Shown piece by piece: positions 59,970 through 64,000 of a stretch of DNA of 64,000 nucleotides. The first letter of the stretch is position 1. Each line of letters starts with the position of its first letter. This stretch comes from Candidatus Cloacimonadota bacterium (GTDB lineage Bacteria > Cloacimonadota > Cloacimonadia > Cloacimonadales > WRIO01), in the NCBI GenBank assembly GCA_029553545.1, contig JAKPKU010000170.1:4621-68620 (forward strand), given 5' to 3'. Made by a program: the position numbers and the translations under genes. The notes beneath the pieces are model-generated. The model did not search any database. It saw only the letters and a program-made list of their open reading frames with translations, and had not been told where the DNA came from.

Positions 59970-62168
59970 TTACTTTAGTATCATCATTTTCCCTGAGATA
60001 ATCTCCTGATCAGAATCAGCCCTGTAAAGGTATAGACCACTTGATACTGCCTTACCGTTCATATCTTTTTTATCCCAGATAAACTCAATGCCATTCCCTT
60101 GTTTTGCTTCATTACCTAATTTATTGACTAATTGTCCTTTTATGTTATAGACAGAGATGTTTTTGACTTTGGTATTGTTAGTAACTGAAAATTTTACAAG
60201 GTCTGACCTGCATGGATTAGGATAGACAGAGATGGTTGATGGTTTTACAAGTGTCTGATCATCAGTTGATACAGTATAATCAAAACTGTAGAGATTGATT
60301 CCGGAAGAAGAACTGCTTATCATTTTGTTAAGATCCGGGTAGTAATAATCACTTGATGCTACTCTGGATTCAAACACACCAATTTCATTTAATGCCCCGT
60401 TTCCTACGTAATAAATATTTCGTGACGAGGAGTTATAATTGTATATACTTAGTATTTCATTATACAATGTCAATAGGGCATCTGAGTATTGATAGTTAGC
60501 AGAAAAAGTGGGGGTTAGATTGTTATTATTTATATTAAAAATCTTTAGGTATCTATATCGGTCACTCAAAGCTATATAATCCTGATTGATAGGAATCACA
60601 CTATGAGTCCCATAATTATTTGGAACCTGAACAGGGTAGGAAAAAAGAATATTTTCAGGGGCATTGATATCTCTGAAGCATAAATACCCATTATTATAAG
60701 TATAAATATATTCATTACTTAAGTAACCAGAGCTTAATTGTTGAGATCCATTGAATGTGCAGTAATATTCGATATCGTTTCCTGTTATCCGATAAACCCT
60801 GGTAATGAAATTCTGCCCTGTATAACAATCAAAATAAATATAATCACCAATAATATCAAACCATGAGGGAGGGTATGTGTCAAATGTAATGGTATTAATT
60901 AATTGTAACTGATTTTCTGAAAAGCCATAAATCTCCAAAAATGTCTGCCCGTTAATTTTTAGTCTGACATATAATTTCCCTTCATAAACATCAATGTTTA
61001 AAAATCTTTCAACTCCTTCTTTATAAATAGAATAATGCATGTTATCGAAAATGGAGTAAAAGTTTAGGTATTTATTGATCGGATCGTATGTCATTGCATA
61101 ATTATCCTTATAAGCAGAATATAAGTAATGAATCCCATACTTTCTTACGCATTGGATGTTATCTTCTATTTGATATTGAGCCAAAAAATGATCATTATTA
61201 CTGTATAAGTAAGGATAATTAAGACAGAATGTCCCATACTGTATATTGCCTGTATTTTGTTCCTGATAAACAAGAGTAGAATTTTGAATATCATAGACTT
61301 TTATCTGAGAATTTATATCTGCTGTAAAAAGCTTATTATTAATCAGTAATGCATCGGTATAGTAAAACCAGTAAGATGGAGTAGAATTATGTAGTGTATA
61401 AATTGTATGCAGATTTGATATATTATGAATATCAAATACCTTGATGTAATCAAAACCTAAAACATATAGCAAATTATCTTTATGTTTTAAATAGACTATA
61501 TCAAGCTCTTCGTTATCTGATAATACTTCCTCGTGAAAGAAACCATTCGGATAATTTATATTCTCCTGATTCAAATTGAAAAAACGAAGACTATAGATTT
61601 CGTTATTCCCGTTATTTATACTACCATATAAAATCAATACAGAATCCACAACCGTAAAGATGCCATAAATATTTTGATGTTCCCCTTCGTAGTCTAATGT
61701 AAATCTGTTTAGTTTTCTGATTTTTTCATGTTCATTGTCTGACAATAAAATATAATGCTTGTATATGGCTTTAGTCATTGAATACCATCTGTTGATTTCT
61801 GTATCAATAGTGCCAACAAATCTCATGGGGCTGACAGAAATATCTATGACTGACATTAAGTAACTATTGTCATCCCTCTCAAAGTAATAAAGGGAATCAC
61901 CTTCAATAAATGAAGTAACTCCAGTTAATTGACCCTTTTCCAGAAAACTGATTCTCTCCAGATTACCGTCAGACATTATATTATATTCTTCAATCTTTCC
62001 TTTATTTTCAACATATAAATGGTTGTTATGCATGTTAACGGCACCATTGTATGAATCATAATCTACGATATGCCGATCAAGACGGATATTGCTTATTTGT
62101 GTAATTTCTGCAGATAATGAGATAATAAATAGAAATATCCAAGCGACACCTATTATGATTTGTTTCAT
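59970..62168 (-). CDS. T9SS-sorted large repeat protein, paralogue 2
   Basis: 732 aa and colinear with paralogue 1. The middle is divergent, and the last ~115 codons are nearly identical at the nucleotide level. RBS aaggag. Confidence 0.75.
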   Translation of the reverse strand: MKQIIIGVAWIFLFIISLSAEITQISNIRLDRHIVDYDSYNGAVNMHNNHLYVENKGKIEEYNIMSDGNLERISFLEKGQLTGVTSFIEGDSLYYFERDDNSYLMSVIDISVSPMRFVGTIDTEINRWYSMTKAIYKHYILLSDNEHEKIRKLNRFTLDYEGEHQNIYGIFTVVDSVLILYGSINNGNNEIYSLRFFNLNQENINYPNGFFHEEVLSDNEELDIVYLKHKDNLLYVLGFDYIKVFDIHNISNLHTIYTLHNSTPSYWFYYTDALLINNKLFTADINSQIKVYDIQNSTLVYQEQNTGNIQYGTFCLNYPYLYSNNDHFLAQYQIEDNIQCVRKYGIHYLYSAYKDNYAMTYDPINKYLNFYSIFDNMHYSIYKEGVERFLNIDVYEGKLYVRLKINGQTFLEIYGFSENQLQLINTITFDTYPPSWFDIIGDYIYFDCYTGQNFITRVYRITGNDIEYYCTFNGSQQLSSGYLSNEYIYTYNNGYLCFRDINAPENILFSYPVQVPNNYGTHSVIPINQDYIALSDRYRYLKIFNINNNNLTPTFSANYQYSDALLTLYNEILSIYNYNSSSRNIYYVGNGALNEIGVFESRVASSDYYYPDLNKMISSSSSGINLYSFDYTVSTDDQTLVKPSTISVYPNPCRSDLVKFSVTNNTKVKNISVYNIKGQLVNKLGNEAKQGNGIEFIWDKKDMNGKAVSSGLYLYRADSDQEIISGKMMILK

Positions 62169-62182
62169 GAATTACTCCTTAT

Positions 62183-62211
62183 AAAAAGGCGGCCAGATTT
62201 ATCTGGCCGCC
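62183..62211 (-). terminator. Intra-operon hairpin terminator or attenuator
   Basis: On the minus strand: ggcggccaga-taaa-tctggccgcc followed by ttttt. It sits between the small gene stop (62219) and the RBS of the 732-aa gene. Confidence 0.7.
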
Positions 62212-62218
62212 GATTTTG

Positions 62219-62611
62219 TTAGAATTCTCGGTCTATGTAAAAATCAAAACGATTTACATTTTGAACAGATTCTGTTCTTGAAATTCCATGACATGTTACT
62301 GTAACATTAGAATAGTCAGCAGGGTTATAGTAAGCTGAAACAGGTGTTGTATAAAATCCATCTGATCCGCTTGCTAATGTTTCTATAACATCTAAGGAAC
62401 TATTAGTTCGGTGTTCGATTACAACAACCACTGCTTCTCCGCTTTTAGCTCTCCATTGTGGGATGCTGGAATGATTTGGGTAATAGGATTGATATACATA
62501 ACCACGGATTTGACCAGGGATATCTCTTGAAGTCTGTACTGTGACTGTATCTGCACTAAGTAAGCATATTGCAAATACAACGATCATAAGGGTAATAAGT
62601 GACTTTTTCAT
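62219..62611 (-). CDS. Small secreted protein, possibly with a carboxypeptidase-regulatory-like (transthyretin-like) fold
   Basis: Signal peptide MKKSLITLMIVVFAICLLSA. The pattern IRGYVY..A.V.V....SGSDGFYTT resembles CarboxypepD_reg-type domains. RBS ggagg. Confidence 0.6.
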   Translation of the reverse strand: MKKSLITLMIVVFAICLLSADTVTVQTSRDIPGQIRGYVYQSYYPNHSSIPQWRAKSGEAVVVVIEHRTNSSLDVIETLASGSDGFYTTPVSAYYNPADYSNVTVTCHGISRTESVQNVNRFDFYIDREF

Positions 62612-62687
62612 TATTCCTCCATTTATAATTTTTTGTTTAAAGAAAGTTTTGGGTAAAATGAAAGCTAAGTAAATTTATTATGCGTTC

Positions 62688-62756
62688 CTATAAATAAATT
62701 ACTTCTAAACGAGCTGATCCCGTATAGTATAGTATAGTATAGTATAGTATAACCAT
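62688..62756 (-). other. 22-codon leader ORF containing the microsatellite
   Basis: The strong RBS aaggag lies 6 nt before the ATG at 62756. It translates as MVILYYTILYYTGSARLEVIYL. Its first 14 codons parallel the start of the fused pseudogene in the other cassette. Confidence 0.4.
62722..62751. repeat. Pentanucleotide microsatellite (GTATA)6
   Basis: Six perfect gtata units begin 2 codons after the ATG at 62756 (in the coding sense, TATAC x6). Confidence 0.9.
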
Positions 62757-62819
62757 GATTATCTCCTTAATCATCACCACTATTTCAAGTTATTGTCTAT
62801 CCAGTAGACAACTGTGCTA

Positions 62820-62847
62820 ATAATACATTGGCAAGCAAAGCTGTCAA
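62820..62847 (-). promoter_or_regulatory. Cassette promoter, copy 2
   Basis: On the minus strand: TTGACA, 16 nt, TATTAT, about 60 nt upstream of the leader ATG. Confidence 0.6.
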
Positions 62848-63049
62848 GAAATATTTTAAATGAATAACATTTTATTGTAATTAAATATATTATTATGTGA
62901 TTTATGCTTTATAATCTAAGAACTTTGAATTAGAAAACAGACAATAAGATGGAATTGCATAAAAAGTTAAAACAACATTTAAAAATGACAGCTTAAAAGT
63001 TGCCTCATTTTCCTATTAAAGAGGGTACAATAAAACACAAAAACGCCTG

Positions 63050-63310
63050 ATATCAGGTCTGTTTTCCCTTCTTTTTATTCATTATCTATTCAATCTTGTA
63101 TATGACTATTTTTCAGATATATCCCTTTGTGACTCCCCTTACATTCCCCTTGCTATCTTGGAGAATCAAAGAAATTCTTATAGGAACCTAAAGGGAATGT
63201 AAAGGAGATTTATTTTGAATATTTAAGGTATAGAAAAAATATGTAAACTTTTAGTAATGAAATGATGATTGTTAAATTTGTAATTTGAAGATTATGCAAC
63301 AGCCTCAAGG
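63050..63310 (+). repeat. Dispersed repeat X, copy B (most complete)
   Basis: It contains a long imperfect hairpin at 63133-63207: ctcc-cc-ttacattccc...gggaatgtaa-a-ggag, with inner stems ctat/atag and agaat/attct. It aligns with the copy at 43890-44140 in reverse. Confidence 0.75.
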
Positions 63311-63430
63311 TGTGTTGTCTTATGTTGTGTTAAAAAAACCACCTCCAAACCCGCTTGTAGTAGGCGTCTGCTAATTTGGTTGAAAATAGTTTTCAAAAAA
63401 CTCCATTTTGTAAGCCCTATATATAGAGGA
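63306..63430 (+). repeat. Dispersed repeat Y, copy 3
   Basis: gtgtgttgtcttatgttgtgttaaaaaaaccacctccaaacccgcttgtagtaggcgtctgctaatttggttgaaaatagttttcaaaaaactccattttgtaagccctatatatagagga. It directly abuts repeat X copy B. Confidence 0.8.
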
Positions 63431-63581
63431 CGATGTTTTTATTTAAGATTCTGCTTTATTCTTTACAAGTTGTTTTGAATTACTGTGTAACAGTCTCATC
63501 TCGTGTTGTTAAATAAATCTAAAGAAAAAAAATGTTGACTTAAAAGAGTTGTTTGTAAAAAATGATTAAGAAGGATGGTTT

Positions 63582-64000
63582 ATGCAAAAGATAAGTATAA
63601 AAGATTATAAGAATTTGAAAAGCTTGACGCAAAAGAAGTACAGAAAGCTCTATAGAAAGCTAATTGTCGAGGGTGAGAATACTATTTTTCAGTTGCTTGA
63701 CAACGACAAATCATTTGATGCAATCTATATTACAGAAGCTTATGCAAAAAACCACTACCGATATTTAGAAAAACATATCACTAAAAGTGAAATAAAAGAG
63801 CGAATTAGGCTAATTGATGAAGCCAAAATAAAAGAAGTCACAGACACTGAAAACCCACAAGATATCATTGCTTGCGTTAGCTTTGAGCCCACACCAATAA
63901 ATGAGAATGGGACTCTTCTATATTTAGATGGCATACAGGATCCTGGCAATATGGGTACTATTTTGCGAACAGCCTTGGCTGCGGGCATTGATGGCGTATT
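63582..64000 (+). CDS. TrmH/SpoU-family RNA 2'-O-methyltransferase, 3' end cut by the window edge
   Basis: The frame is open from the ATG at 63582 to the window end, so it is absent from the ORF track, which needs a stop. The SpoU motif 1 region is LDGIQDPGNMGTILRTA. Confidence 0.75.
   Translation, partial: MQKISIKDYKNLKSLTQKKYRKLYRKLIVEGENTIFQLLDNDKSFDAIYITEAYAKNHYRYLEKHITKSEIKERIRLIDEAKIKEVTDTENPQDIIACVSFEPTPINENGTLLYLDGIQDPGNMGTILRTALAAGIDGV

Overview
The window is an AT-rich bacterial chromosomal segment. Strong Shine-Dalgarno sites, TTGACA-type promoters and several proteins with T9SS/Por-type C-terminal sorting tails suggest an FCB-group organism. It is possibly Cloacimonadota-like, but that is a guess from pattern recognition, not a search result.

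Most of the window is housekeeping: thrS, kdsD-like, htpG, an EF-G paralogue, yebC, ruvC, ruvA, rsmB, gyrB-gyrA, aspS, rfbD, cobB, mtaB, lon, an oligopeptidase B-like peptidase, asd, a DEAD-box helicase and rpmB.

Three regions stand out:
1. About 9.6-12.8 kb: a REP-associated tyrosine transposase (RAYT, IS200-like HUH/Y1) sits between two inverted copies of an 87-bp composite palindrome. A 1.3-kb gene-free tract packed with several different repeat types follows it.
2. About 48.2-57.2 kb: a glycan-utilisation operon with a solute-binding-protein/permease fusion, a permease carrying a roughly 370-aa extracytoplasmic insertion, a GH38 alpha-mannosidase and a GH20 hexosaminidase.
3. About 57.4-62.9 kb: a 2545-bp tandem duplication of a cassette (promoter, small secreted protein, ~730-aa T9SS cargo). 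Its 3' ends are nearly identical in a mosaic pattern, and a GTATA pentanucleotide microsatellite (6 versus 3 units) lies directly after a start codon.

Two dispersed non-coding repeat families, called X and Y here, recur at the borders of these regions. I recognised no rRNA, tRNA, CRISPR array or cas genes. All calls rest on reading the sequence and ORF translations by eye. Identities are approximate, and small-motif coordinates may be off by 1-2 nt.
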